Of a DNA stretch of 64,000 nt, positions 25,385 through 38,384 are shown piece by piece; position 1 is the first letter of the stretch, and each line of letters opens with the position of its first letter. The stretch is taken from the NCBI RefSeq assembly GCF_030684315.1, contig NC_081357.1, positions 42,829,517 through 42,893,516 of the forward strand, read 5' to 3'. Source of the DNA: Stegostoma tigrinum (lineage: Eukaryota). The position numbers were made by a program, and so were the translations under genes. The notes below the pieces were generated by a model. It was not told the origin of the DNA, did not search any database, and saw only the letters and a list, made by a program, of their open reading frames with translations.

Positions 25385-26850
25385 GCAGAAATGGCCTATT
25401 CAGCACTTTGAACCTAATCCAGCATTCAGCAAGATCATGGTTGATCTTCATGTGCTTTGAACTCCACATTTCTAATTTTCCCCAATGATCCTTGATTCCT
25501 CTGCCTAAGAAGAATCTATTTACTACTGCCTTAAAAATATTAAATGACCATGCCTCCATCCCCTTCTGAAACAGGGAATTCTAAAGTCACACATCCTCCG
25601 AGACAAAACAAATTCTCCTCCTCTCTGCCATGAAAGGATAAACTCCAATGTTAAAATAGTGTCCCCAGCCTGGATTCACTCACAAGAACAAACATACTTT
25701 CAATGTTCACCTTGTCAAGACCATTCAGGATCTTACACACTAAAATCAAGTTACCACTCACTTTTTTAAACTCCGGCTTGTCCAAACTATCCTTGTAAGA
25801 CAAGCCACTCATTACAGATATCAGTCTAATAAACCACTTTGAACTACCTCCAAAGCACTTACATCCTGCCTTAAAAAGGAGACCAAAATGGACACGGTTT
25901 TTTTGAGATATGGACTCAACAAGCTTGGCATTTACTTTTCTGTTCAATTCCTTTCAGAATAAAGGACAGAATCACGTTAGCATTCTGATTTCATTGTGTA
26001 CATGCATACTAACTTCAAAGTAACTCACCTTCAACAACATCCAAATCCCCTTTGTATCTTAGGATTCCACTATCATTCTCTGCTGAAGTGATACTCTTTT
26101 TTTTTATTTTTCCTGCTGAAGTGAATGACTTCACATTTTCCCACTTTATACTCTGCCAGATTTTAGCCCATTCACTCAACCCATCTAATTCCATCTTTAA
26201 CTTACTTATGTCTTCTTAACAACTCACTTTCCTCAGTATGTTGATGTTGTCAGTGGATTTAGCTACCATATCTTTGCTCCCCTCATCTAAGTAATTGATG
26301 TGAATTGTGAAAAATTGAGTCTCCAGACCAGCTCACTGCAGGACTCCAACATCACGACCTGCCAATCAGATGAAAACCCATTTATGTATACTCTCTGAGA
26401 TAGTAGGAACTGCAGGTGCTGGAGAATCTGAGATAACAGGGTGTAGAGCTGGATGAGCACAGCAGGCCAAGCAGCATCAGCGGAGCAGGAAGGCTGATGT
26501 TTCGAGCCTAGACCCTTCTCCTGAAATGGTTCTGCCTTCCTACTCCTCTGATTCTGCTTGGCCTGCTGTGTTCATCTAGCTCGACACCTTGTTATCTATG
26601 TATACTCTCTGTTTTCTGCCAGTTAGACAATCTTCTATGCAGGCCAGTATGTTAGTCATGACACTGTGCACTTTTAATTTTCGTAAAAACCTTTGATGCA
26701 GCTCTTTATCAAATACCACATTTATATCAAAGCATGGTACATCTACAGGCTCTCTTTTATTCATAGCTTGTGTTACTCTTTTAAAGAGGTCCACTAAAAT
26801 GATTAACCCATTGACAAAACTGTGCTGACTCTGTCCAATTAATTCTAAAT
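25385..26850 (-). mobile_element. Decayed CR1 LINE (RT region to 3' UTR)
   Basis: Minus ORFs 'EPVDVPCFDINVVFDKELHQRFLRKLKVH...IEDCLTGRKQRV' and 'GNLILVCKILNGLDKVN'; CR1 3' UTR near 25390-25480. Confidence 0.85.
26398..26596. mobile_element. Fold-back PLE mini-element nested in CR1
   Basis: Tail-bearing arm on - plus a short + arm. Exact 15-bp TSD tatgtatactctctg at 26383-26397 and 26597-26611. Confidence 0.9.
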
Positions 26851-27002
26851 GTACTGTTGTAATCTCCTTTCTTGATTGGTTCTAACACCTTTTAATGACA
26901 GAAAGCTAACTAGTCTTTACTTTATAATTCTAATTCTAAATTCTAAACTAAGAGTCCAGCTGATCGCAGTCAGAAAACACAATCAAGCCTTAAAGGTGAG
27001 AA

Positions 27003-28321
27003 TTAGATTTCAACATGAAACTGTCCTGGTCTTTGTAGCATGGTGTTTACTAGCTGAGCCTCTTTTCATTTGTGATTTAATTATCTCTTTCATGTACTAT
27101 TTACAATGAACGTTAACAAAATTTTGTTCCTAAATCTGGGGTTTAGATAGAGAGTATTTTACTCTAAGAGAAATGTTCAAATTTGGGGCAGGAATCAGCC
27201 ATTTAATTCTTTGAGCCTATGTTGTCATTAATTAAGGTTGTGGCTGATACGATTTTACTCTCAAATGCACGTTCCCGTCTATCCCTGATAACCTTGCATC
27301 CCTTTGCTTATCGAAGGTCTATCAGCCTCTGTCTTAAAAAAAATTCAAGATCTCCTGCCCTTTTGAGGAAGAGAATTCCAAAGATGCATAATTCTCTGTG
27401 AGAAATAATTTTTCCTTATCTTAAATAAACTGTCTCTTATTTTTAATCAATGACTCCTAGTTCTTGATTGTCTCACCTTTCCATGTCCACCCTGCTAAGA
27501 TCCTGAGGATCTTGCATTTTAATCAAATCACCTCTCACTCTTCTAACCATAAGCAGATACAAGCTGAGCCTGTCCAACCTTTCCTCAGTAGACAACCTGC
27601 CTATTCCAGGTATTAACCTTTGAAGCTTTTCTGAACTGCCAGTAACACATCTAGGTACCTATTTAAATAGAGGGGTCATATACCATACTCCAGATGCAGT
27701 GTCCCTAATGCCTTGTATAACTAAAATAACAACATTGTATTAGTTTTCATAATCTCTTGCTATACTTGCATACTAGACTTTTGCAATTCATACACTTGGA
27801 CACCCAAATCTCTTTGCATCTCAGAGTTCTGCAATCTTTCATCAGACAGATTTTTTTGACTAATTGTTCCAGTCAAAAAGGACAAATTTTATCACATTGT
27901 ATCCTATTTGCCATGTCTTTGGCTATTTATAATCTTTTGCATTCTTGTGTTCTCTTCAAAACTTAGTTATTGCAAACTTATACTTAGTGATTTAAACCTA
28001 CCCTCCCAATTGTCTAGCTTTAGTACTTGTTTTCTCATTTGTTTCCCTCTAAAAGGAATAAAAGTGCATTCATTCACTACCACCACAGTCAAATCGGATG
28101 GAAAATAAATACTAGCCTTGCTGAATAGAAACATCTATATCCAGAGAAAGAATGAAAAAAAAAATTCTGAGATCAGATAGCTTAGCAAAGATTTAGATTT
28201 CAACATGAAACTGTCCTGGTCTTTGTAGCATGGTGTTTACTAGCTGAGCCTGTTTTCATTTGTGATTTAATTATCTCTTTCATGTACTATTTACAATGAA
28301 TGTTAACAAAATTTTGTTCCT
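27003..28321 (+). repeat. 129-bp near-perfect direct repeat (27003-27131 / 28193-28321)
   Basis: The two copies differ at only 2 positions and are 1190 bp apart. Confidence 0.95.
27170..27900 (-). mobile_element. Decayed CR1 LINE 3' fragment
   Basis: Similar to 25385-26100 (e.g. 'cctgtccaacctttcctca', 'atactccagatg...cctaatgccttgtataa'). Confidence 0.7.
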
Positions 28322-29552
28322 GCTGAAAATTAGGATGTGCCTTCTTAGACGATGCATGGCCTCCAAGCTACTGCACATGAAGTGTTTGCATTCAGTAAGG
28401 ATCTGGAGCTCATAGCATTGTGATTTTAAAACCACTTGATGCTTCTCAATCCTAATTAAGCATGCAACATCAATCATTTTAGAAATTAAGTTACTTAACA
28501 TTTCTTTTAACCTTATGGCTCTCTTCTGAAACCAGCTAATGAACTTCAAACAGAAAGGAAGCTCTCTTTCAACAACTCAAAGTGAAGCTTCCTTTCTACT
28601 GCTTTGTTTGAAGTCATGTTCCCTGTAACAATAAATGTTCAGTTGATGTACTGTGTGATTTTTGTTAAATTAATACAAATTCTGTGTACATCATGTTGTC
28701 ATACAAAACTGAGAAATTGAATCAGCTAAATGTTTTAAAGCTTCAGACACAGCTCAGAATAAATGAGAAGATTTTTTTTTAAAGAAGTTACAGGTGTAAA
28801 ATAAGAACAGATAATTAAGTATTCATTACTTCTGGAATTATTTAGAGATTCTCAAATGACTGTAGATATCGGTCCCTCTAACAGCACCTTTTCCTTGCCT
28901 ATTAGTCCAAAATAGTCCTTTCTTTGACTGGTTTGTGGAGGAAGTTTTCTGTCCCATGGCTCTTTTGTGGTATTATCCATTTCACAGTCTGATTTAATTA
29001 AGTGTATACTAAAATAACTCCAAACATTAGTTAGACAGCTTAAATTTAAAATGATGCACTTGAATGTACATTTTTCACACATATTGAATATTGTTATGTC
29101 TGCTTATCAAAAACTACAAATAGAACAGCGTACTGACACAAAATTGGTTCACCTTGCTCACAGAGAAAGAACTTTGAGCTTTATTCGCTGGTCCTGAGCT
29201 AATTTAACTGATTTTTGGAAGACTGGTTGAGTGAAATGGCTCTAGATCATGAACAACCAAATTCAGCCCTGGTTTGATCTGTATCACCACTTGTATGTGT
29301 CCCCATTGGACTGCTAGGGTTGGCACTATGGAATTATCAAGGAATAACCCCATTCATGACCTTATTTTGGAAAGCAGGGCATTGATGAATTAATGGAAGA
29401 TCTTGAAGGATCTATGCAGCAATGATTTGGGGCTGCAATGATGTATAGTTCCAACAATCCCAGTGTCCTTACAATATGAGCTGGACAATGGACCCGTATT
29501 TGACATCCATCAATGTTAGTTTTGCTAGGGTTTCTACTAGTGTTGTACTTAC

Positions 29553-29693
29553 TTCAATACTGCATTGATATTGAAGCTATTATCTCTCCTGTCGCATTCA
29601 GCTCCTGTATCCATCTCTGGATCAAGGCTGTGATTTAGTCTGGAACCAGCTGCTGAACTGAGCATCATTGAGCAAATTATCGTTGAGTACGAT
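29553..29693 (-). CDS. Candidate 141-nt exon (phase 2 to 2) overlapping a LINE RT relic
   Basis: tcaaacAG, SYSTIICSMMLSSAAGSRLNHSLDPEMDTGAECDRRDNSFNINAVL, AA|GTAAGT. Another frame reads like LINE RT (NLLNDAQF...ITALIQRW). Confidence 0.25.
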
Positions 29694-30314
29694 CTGTTTG
29701 ATGACACATTTAAAATTCCTTTTCCTGCCATTTTATTGGAGCCTTCAACCTGTTTAAAATAAATAAGTTATCACCTCAGTTAAAGCAGCAGTTGAAGGAA
29801 TTTGAGAAGAACCCTTTGAGTTTTTATATGTTGATGTTAACAGAATATAAGTTTTGATTTTTAATGTCCCTCCACCCAATAATGTAGATTGTACTTGGGG
29901 AATTTAAATTCCTTGGAGGATAGAAGTTTTCAGTTCAAAGATACCAGGTTTTGTATTATTTTTGAAGGGTGAATATTTCATTTGCACCTTAAAGAAAGAG
30001 TTTTACATTTATTAATTCCATGCTGTTCTACTTCAGAACCAAGAGTGTGCAGTTACCCTACTTGATGTGAATGCATGCTCATAATTCAAGTGTTTCCTTT
30101 TATCTCTTTGTATTAATACCATTTTTATTGGTTAGTTTAGAAAAACAACTCACAAACTGAGCTGGGTAACTTTACAAATATTTCACTTTCTAATGTTGGC
30201 TCAGTTTGTCTTCTTTGTTTGCCTCACAACTAACCCCAGTCTATTAAACTCAGAGCTGAACAAAGTGTTCCAGGACTGACAGCATAAGTAACTAAACTGA
30301 CCCAAGACCTTAAA

Positions 30315-30946
30315 ACTCAGGCCCTGTTGTAAATTATGCGTTTTATTACAGCAGGAGTCAACTTTAATCAGGGCTGAGCTCCAAGTGTTCTTCTTACTTT
30401 GACACTGGCCCAACATGAAGCTGAGGAACTGAATTCACAGGTTATGGGAATGGGCAGTCTAGGGGCAGATGCAATTTCGTGCAGAGAAGCACTAGAAAGA
30501 ATGTGGTTGAAAGAATGAGGAGAGACAATATGAATTACATTTGAAGGGGGTTAGGGAGAGCAAGGACACTAAGACCAGTGGTACATGTGCACAAATCACT
30601 GAAGGTAGCAAAGCAGGCTGAAGGTATGGTTTAAGAGGCTTGCAGGATCCTGAGTTTTATAAAAAGGGGCATAGACTGCAAAAACAAGGAGGCTATGATT
30701 AACATTTACAAAACACCAGCTTCTCTTGAAGTACTTTGTCCAATTCTGGGGATAGCACCGCAGGAAGAATGACTGTACTGTCGGTTTAGAGAGTGTAGAA
30801 GATATTTCTTTTCTATTCAGCCATGGTGTGTGGGTGTCAGCTTAATATTGGTTCAGAGTCAAAGTAAGAAGAACACTTGGAGCTCAGCCATGATTAAAGT
30901 TGACTCCTGCTGTAATAAAGCACATAATTTACAACAGGGACTGAGT
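30315..30946. repeat. 110-bp inverted repeat (30315-30424 / 30837-30946)
   Basis: The ORF track gives near-identical peptides on opposite strands (QSKKNTWSSA.IKVDSCCNK.HNLQQGLS). Confidence 0.95.
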
Positions 30947-31350
30947 GTAGAAGGCATTTCTTTCCTATTGAGTCACGGAGTGTGGATATCGCTAGCTGGG
31001 CCGGCATTTATTGCTGATCCCTAGTTGACAACATGAACTGTTCCAGGGATGAAGGGTTTCAGTTGCATAGATAGATCAGAGAAACTTTGGTTCATTGCTA
31101 TAGGGGAAAGTGAAATTTGATAGAAACGTTCAAAGTCATGAAAGATTCAGATGGAGTATGTAGGGTGAAACTGTTCTCATGGAGACAAGAGTTATGAACC
31201 TGAGGACATTGAAATAATGTCATTGGTAAAAGAAGGAAAAATACATTTTTATGCAGTGAGTGCTGCGGATCTAGATTGCACTGCCCAAGAAGTTGGAGGG
31301 AGACTATGGCTTTTAGAAGGGAATCAATAAAAACTTAAAGGGACAGGCTG
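30430..31350 (+). mobile_element. Decayed CR1 LINE 3' region, interrupted at ~30800-31030
   Basis: 'ggcagatgcaatttcgtgcagagaag', 'gaagtactttgtccaattctggg' and 'gatagaaacgttcaaagtcatgaaag' are CR1 ORF2 C-terminal motifs. Confidence 0.75.
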
Positions 31351-32185
31351 TGTAGTTTAGTTTCATGATGATTCATCAATTAGCATCAATATATGAGCTA
31401 GTTCCTAAACGACTGGTTTGCTGCCTCCTAAATATCCATCTTCTCTTAAGAGGCAATTACTGAGCAATAGGAGGATTGTGCAGTGACTGAGGTAAATTTT
31501 TAATGCCTGAACGGGCCTGCTGAGGGTTTATGCAAAATTGGGCCTTCGATTTCATTATCAAATAAAGAGGATAAAATCTGTGCTGTTCCCTTAGGGATTA
31601 GAGAGGGTTCCTGTCCATAAGAAAAGCAATTGTGCTGAATTGCACTTGTGGCAGTAATAGAGGGAGAATGGGCAATCTTCAATTTAATTCTTTCTAAACC
31701 TAATTTTCACTGGTTGGAGGGTGCTACATTTTAAATTCTTCCAATAATGATGATTTCATGTATCATTTCCCTCATTTCCAGATATTTTTCTTCTAACTAT
31801 CCATTTACAAAAGAATAATATGATGCAGCAAAACCCATTGTAAGGATTGTGTACATTGTTTGTGAGGAACATCTGGAATAAGATGCAAATGAGGACAGAT
31901 GAAATAAGAATGCCTCAGTGAGTTCTCATTCTGATATGACATTCTTCCATTCTATCTTGTCAACATTTTCATGCCTTACATGATGTTCAGACTTCTGTGA
32001 AATCCGATTTAATTAAATATATTCCAATTAAATTCAAGAATTAATGGCACACACTATATAGATATGTGATAATACCGGCTGTGGTGAATGGTATGTGAGA
32101 GTACAAGGCAACATCACCTTGTGCTGTGGAAAAAATAAGATGGGTAACATGATTATTGGGTCAGGAATAAAGCATGTTCCGGTGG

Positions 32186-33340
32186 AAGTTTCTGGCGCAA
32201 CACATCCCTCACACCCCACCCCCGCCACAACCGCCCAAAGAGGATCCCCCTCATTCTCACATACCACCCCACCAACCTCCGGATACAACGCATCATCCTC
32301 CGACACTTCCGCCATTTACAATCCGACCCCACCACCCAAGACATTTTTCCATCCCCTCCCCTGTCTGCTTTCCGGAGAGACCACTCTCTCCGTGACTCCC
32401 TTGTTCGCTCCACACTGCCCTCCAACCCCACCACACCCGGCACCTTCCCCTGCAACCGCAGGAAATGCTACACTTGTCCCCACACCTCCTCCCTCACCCC
32501 CATCCCAGGCCCCAAGATGACATTCCACATCAAGCAGAGGTTCACCTGCACATCTGCCAATGTGGTATACTGCATCCACTGTACCCGGTGCGGCTTCCTC
32601 TACATTGGGGAAACCAAGCGGAGGCTTGGGGACCACTTTGCAGAACACCTCCGCTCAGTTCGCAAAAAACAACTGCACCTCCCAGTCGCAAACCATTTCC
32701 ACTCCCCCTCCCATTCTCTTGATGACATGTCCATCATGGGCCTCCTGCACTGCCACAATGATGCCACCCGAAGGTTGCAGGAACAGCAACTCATATTCCG
32801 CCTGGGAACCCTGCAGCCATATGGTATCGATGTGGACTTCACCAGTTTCAAAATCTCCCCTTCCCCTACTGCATCCCTCAACCAGCCCAGTTCGTCCCCT
32901 CTCCCCACTGCACCACACAACCAGCCCAGCTCTTCCCCCCCACCCACTGCATCCCAAAACCAGTCCAACCTGTCTCTGCCTCCCTAACCGGTTCTTCCTC
33001 TCACCCATCCCTTCCTCCCACCCCAAGCCGCACCCCCTGCTACCTACTAACCTCATCCCACCTCCTTGACCTGTCCGTCTTCCCTGGACTGACCTATCCC
33101 CTCCCTACCTCCCCACCTATACTCTCTCCACCTATCTTCTTTACTCTCCATCTTCGGTCCGCCTCCCCCTCTCTCCCTATTTATTCCAGTTCCCTCCCCC
33201 CATCCCCCTCTCTGATGAAGGGTCTAGGCCCGAAACGTCAGCTTTTGTGCTCCTGAGATGCTGCTTGGCCTGCTGTGTTCGTCCAGCCTCACATTTTATT
33301 ATCTTGGAATCTCCAGCATCTGCAGTTCCCATTATCTCTC
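32186..33340 (+). mobile_element. Penelope-like element copy 2, 5'-truncated (linker, GIY-YIG, pLTR, tail)
   Basis: ORF 32517-32987 FTCTSANVVYCIHCTRCGFLYIGETKRRL...; near-identical to copy 4. Hammerhead core at 33212-33239. No clear TSD. Confidence 0.95.
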
Positions 33341-33509
33341 ATGCTGATATTGATGTTGCACTTGAGACGCCCTCTGTCTTTCCTCAAGTAGATTTATCAA
33401 CTTATTCCCTGTATTCCCTTCTCCCTCATTAGCAGGTTAAGGGTGCCCTTAAATGTACCTATATCATCCACTTCAGTTGCTCACTGTTGGAGCAAGTTCC
33501 ACACTTGCA

Positions 33510-33830
33510 CCACTCTGTACCGCTCAGTTGGTAACACTCTCTCTCCTCACAAAGTTCTCGATTCAAGCCCTATTCCAATACTTGAACAGAAAGAGCAAGG
33601 CTGACATTTCTGTTGCGTTACTAAACCAAGGTCCCATCATAATGTAGAAGATCACATGGTACTGCTGAGAGGAAGATGAGGGAATTTGTCCTGGCCAATG
33701 CTGATGCCTCAATGAAAATAAAAAATGGACAATCAGCAGCAATTTTTCAAGGTCGGGTTTGCAGAGCAAGCAATTCACCTGTCTCTGTGTTCCTGCCCAT
33801 GAGCACAAATCCAGGCAGATGCGTTTATAA
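33510..33830 (+). mobile_element. DeuSINE (SacSINE1-like) relic
   Basis: tRNA-like head (gctcagttggtaacactct...gattcaagccc) and Deu-like 'taaaccaaggtccc...gtagaagatcacatggtact...gtcctggccaat'. Confidence 0.55.
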
Positions 33831-35519
33831 ATCTACAGTTTGGCATTCATCATGAATGGGAAGCAGAGGTACAAGCAGCTGTTCTTGAAGTGTCTCACCT
33901 TCAAATGGCCTCGTATTTCAACTGGTAGAACTCATATTTAGTGGAATAAGATGTGTGTCCACATTAAAGTTAAGCAAGAGCATCAACCTCCATGGATATT
34001 TTATAGGTAATTATGAAATTACTTGAATGTTGTAAATATTGAACTTAAGGAAGTTTCTTGACACCCAATCTGGCCTGAGCATAGAACAAGAAAGAAAGGC
34101 AATGAATATTGCCTTACTATGCACTGAACCCAATAAACAAAACAGAAAAAAACATATGCTAAGTAAATTGGGCCTGAATTCTCCAGTCAGTTAAACCAAT
34201 CAAAGCATAAAGTATTATTGACTAGAAAACAATTGCAGTAAGGATTATCATTTTTAATTGTATCTACAGCTGCAATAATAGACGTTGATTGCAGTATATT
34301 CAAACTATTTATGTAACATTAGCAGATGTAAACAACAGTGAATGGGAATCAGAAACTTCAGAAAACTAATGTTTTTCCCTCATTTATCTGTTTCAGTTCT
34401 TTTCTATTTTAACTTAGCTTTCAACAGTACTGCTTGTATATGAAGTGAGTAGTTTATCTTTGTTTAAACTTTTGTTCAGGTATTGGTACAACTGTCAAAG
34501 TACATGGAAGCATTTGCTGCCATCATTAACAAACCTCAAGCAATATCCACTGTAGGATCCACTGCTGAATAAATTTGGAAATAACCTTCCCCCCTTTCCA
34601 AAATTTATTAACAGAGTTGCTTGGACATAAATTATTCATTATACCCAGGCTAACCCAGTATTTGAAATCATGGAAGTTTGTTTAAAACAAATGTCGTCAT
34701 TCCTGAACAGCAAAATCCAAATTTATGTAATAGTTTGGGACATATTACACTGGTCCTAATGATGTGGATTACCAGATTAACTGGAATATCAGTTTAACAC
34801 TTATGAAAGAACATATCCCGTCTGGGACAAGATTGCCTTTCTCCATTTTTCACAAGACAATCCCCGCTACAAGCAATAAATTTCCTGATGATAGACCAAT
34901 GTAGTTGTTCCCATTGGTAGAAGGTGAATTATAATACTTTTCCAAATTGAAATAAATATGTAAGTTACTGTAAGTTTATATATTCAAGTGGCAATTCATT
35001 CTGTTAATCGTCTATAGCATTCTACTGAGTATTGCCTTATAAGGCTATCAAGTTGGTTTACGTCGACTGCCTTGAAATTACTTTAACTAAATATACATAC
35101 ATTCTTGTGGCACAGTGGTAATGCCCCTACCTCTGGGCAAATAAGTCCAGGTCCCAGTTCCACCTGCTTTCCACATGTGTTAGAACAATTGATTAGAATG
35201 ACAGTACACATTTTCCCTTGACTATTATATTAGTTTGCTCAAATATTTTCAATACATACACACAAAATAAATGCTGTGCTCAACAATAACTCTTCAATAA
35301 CCTGAAAGCAATGTTTGTAATTCTATCATTAATAGAGAAATTGTATAAACATTACTGTATTATATGCACAGAATAGCTCTCATAAGATGGCATAATATCA
35401 ATAGTTCTGCACCCATGGCTTGATTTAACTAAACCAGAAACAGCTGATACAAAACCACAAATATTGGAACAGAGGAAATTATTTTAACACAAAAATGCTT
35501 GGATTACACTTCTTTGTTT

Positions 35520-36132
35520 GTTTCAAGATTGAATTAATGTTGTAGAGTAACACTCTGGCTCCTCAATCTGAAGGTTACAAGGTCTAGCATCTGTTTGGGA
35601 TGTGATGAGGTAAGGGCTAAATTTCCATCAGGGTTCTTTGACTTGAAATGGAAGATCTTGGAAAATAGCATTTATAGAAAATCATCCCTGAAATCTGGGT
35701 TGCTACTGCAATGTCATTCTGTACATATCAGCCATATTTCTTTCAGTAGTTTCCCTGTCCCTAATGTTCTGGCACAAAATCAAGGTTGACAGCCCAATGC
35801 AGTGCAGTGTGGGGGAGTCTGGCATGGTCTTGAGGTGCCCTGTTTCCAAACTGTGGCCCCACTTGTCTGCTTTGGTGGATGCAAAGAGTCCCGGGGACTA
35901 CTTGGAAGCAGAACAGGAAAGATTTAACCAGAATTCTGCCCATTGTTTAATCTTTATCAACATCACAAAAACAGATGGACGTGCTATTATCACATAGCGA
36001 TTTGTGGGAATTTTGTGTACGTGAACTGACCGCTGCATTTCCTACTCTGTAATGGTGAGCTAGGTCATTAGCCACAAATTGCTTAGACGCAGCTGGTGGT
36101 TGTGCAAGGCACTATATGAAAACAAGTCTTTT
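35520..36132 (+). mobile_element. DeuSINE (SacSINE1-like) relic with internal insertion
   Basis: Head 'gtaacactctggctcctcaatctgaaggtt', body 'aaaatcaaggttgac...gtggatgcaaagagtccc' and tail 'gcactatatgaaaacaagtctttt'. Confidence 0.55.
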
Positions 36133-36454
36133 CCTTTATCGGGGCAGTGCTTCATTTTTGGAATGCCACCTTTTAAGTGCAGCATTTCATTGACATTTTC
36201 TATGTTGTGAACTTACAGGACTTCAGGCTCTAATTGAAGAGCTCTAGGCCTTCTGACTTTAAGTGACAATATAAAACAGGGATTGGCTGATCATCTTCAA
36301 TTTATATACTTCCCATGATTTTTGGGATAAATATATAACAGGCAACAAGATTGCCCTGACACAAAACTGTTTTACGGCATCCTGCTCGCATTCACCCTCA
36401 ACCAATATAATGAAAATAGATGATTTGATCATCTAAACTGATCACTTACCTCAT

Positions 36455-37545
36455 TTGGTTTAATGGAGAGTGCAGGAGGGCATGCCAGGAGCAACAGCGA
36501 CAAATGGGGGAGTCAACCTGGTGAAGCTACAGAGCAGGACTATTTGCACACCAAACAGCTAAGCAGCAAGTAATGGACAGAGCTGAGCAATCCCACAACC
36601 AATGACTCAGATCTAAGCTCTGTAATCCTCCCACATCCAGTTATGAGTGGTAGTGGATGATTAAACAATTTACTGGAGCAGGAGGCTCCACAAGTATCCC
36701 CATCCTCAATGATGGAAATGCCCAACACATCAGTGCAAAAGATAAGGCTGAATCATTCACAGCAATCTTCAGACAAAAGTGCCAAGTGGCCTCCTCCTTT
36801 ATAGATATCAGTCTTCAGCCAATTCAATTCATTCTACATGATATCAAGAAACGGTTAGATGCACTGGATACAAGTACTTTGGAGCCTGGTAACATTCCAG
36901 CAATAGCGCTGAAGGTTTTTGGAGTAGATCTGTAGCTCGGGCTGTGCACGTAGAGGTTGGTTGGCTCGCCAAGCTGGTTTGTTGTTCTGCAGACGTTTTG
37001 TTACCATGCATGGTAACATCCTCAGTGCAGCCTCTGATAAAGCCAATAGCGCTGAAGGCTTGTACTCCAGAACTTGTCACTCCCCTAAACAAGCTGTTCC
37101 AGTACAGTTACATTACTGGCATCTATCCAACAATGTGGAAAATTACCCAGGTATATCCTGTACATAAAAAGCAGGGCTAATTCAATCTCACCAATTGCTG
37201 CCCTATCAGCCTCCACTTGAACGTCAGTAAAGTGATGGAAGGTGTCATCAACAGCCAACAACTACTACCATCTGGAAGGACAAGGGCAACATGGGAACAG
37301 CAACACCTACACATTCCTCTCTAAGCCATTGAGCATCCTGATGTGGAACTATATCCCCATTACTTCAATGTTGCTGGGTCAAATTCCTGGAATTCCCTCC
37401 CTAATGGCATTATGGGACCACCAAAGCTCATGGTCTGCAACAGTCAAGAAGGCAGCTCGCCACCAGCTTTTCAAGGGCAACTAGGGTTGGGCAATAAATG
37501 TTGGTCTACCAGTGGTGCCCACTGCTCACAAATGATTAAAATATG
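36455..37545 (+). mobile_element. Decayed CR1-group LINE ORF2 fragment with 3' tail
   Basis: SIPILNDGNAQHISAKDKAESF and LKACTPELVTPLNKLFQYSYITGIYPTMWKITQVYPVHKK (RT N-terminal motifs). Tail gggcaactagggttgggcaataaatg. Confidence 0.85.
36916..37043 (-). mobile_element. 128-bp PLE terminus of a second (Poseidon-like) family carrying a hammerhead
   Basis: Exact TSD caatagcgctgaagg at 36901-36915 and 37044-37058. Minus strand reads CTGCA-CTGAGGA-T-GTTACCATGCATGGTAAC-AAAA-C-GTC-TGCAG. Confidence 0.85.
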
Positions 37546-37836
37546 TTGTAATTTATGAAGACCTGTGAATAAATTGTTTATTGTACTTCTCTATAAATCA
37601 GCAGCTCCTGCATTTCAAAGCTAACTGGTTGCTCACCTAAAGTAGAGATGAGCATATTTTTTAAAAATTGCTTGCAAACCTATGACACCTTGGTAACTGG
37701 CTGTGGGCCACATCATGGTATCAGTTGCAGGTAACATCAGGATGAAAATGTTGCACAGTCCACAAAAGAAAGTCTTACAATTTTGATAAAGACAGTTACT
37801 CTTTAAATTAGGTTTGTACAACTTTAGCTGCTATAC

Positions 37837-38037
37837 CTTGGCGTTCTTTCTGGCTTGTGATGATCCGTCAGATTTATGAGTTATATTCGTTAGGCAACAA
37901 TGGCATTCGATCATGGCTGACTGAGCTGCTAATTTAGGGACTTTGCCCATCTGAGATGCACAGGAATCTGATTTGTCTGTCTTTATTGGCAGCAATTCAT
38001 CTGGGTTCAATCTGTCACTCTTCTTCCATCTTCTGAC
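37837..38037 (-). CDS. Candidate 201-nt exon (phase 0 to 0)
   Basis: tttttggacAG, VRRWKKSDRLNPDELLPIK...SSQARKNAK, GTatag. All 67 codons are open; the sequence looks unique. Confidence 0.4.
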
Positions 38038-38384
38038 CTGTCCAAAAACAGCAACAATTTAATGTCCATTTGCAAGGCCACCCAATTCAGTCTATCTTTA
38101 CTTCAGTCTGAAGAGGAAACAACAATAAAATTGCATCAGACTCAGAAAAGACGGGAAGAGAACACTCAACTCCCAGTTGTACTATGCAAACTTGTCATTG
38201 CAAATCAAAGTTAATTGGCAATTCTGGACACGCTACCTTATATACAACACAAAGTTTTCCTTTCGCTGTGAGCACAAGTCAAAATCTTTGGAAAAGACGC
38301 AGAATTGTAACCCATGGTTAATCGAATACTTTCAAGTAACATTAAGAAGCAATGAACACATGCAAGTCACGTGCATTTGACTAC

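Noticed and set aside
32034-33069. Many overlapping and antisense Pro- or Gly-rich ORFs in PLE copies
   Set aside because: These are by-products of C-rich, stop-poor composition. Only the RT/GIY-YIG frame has motifs.
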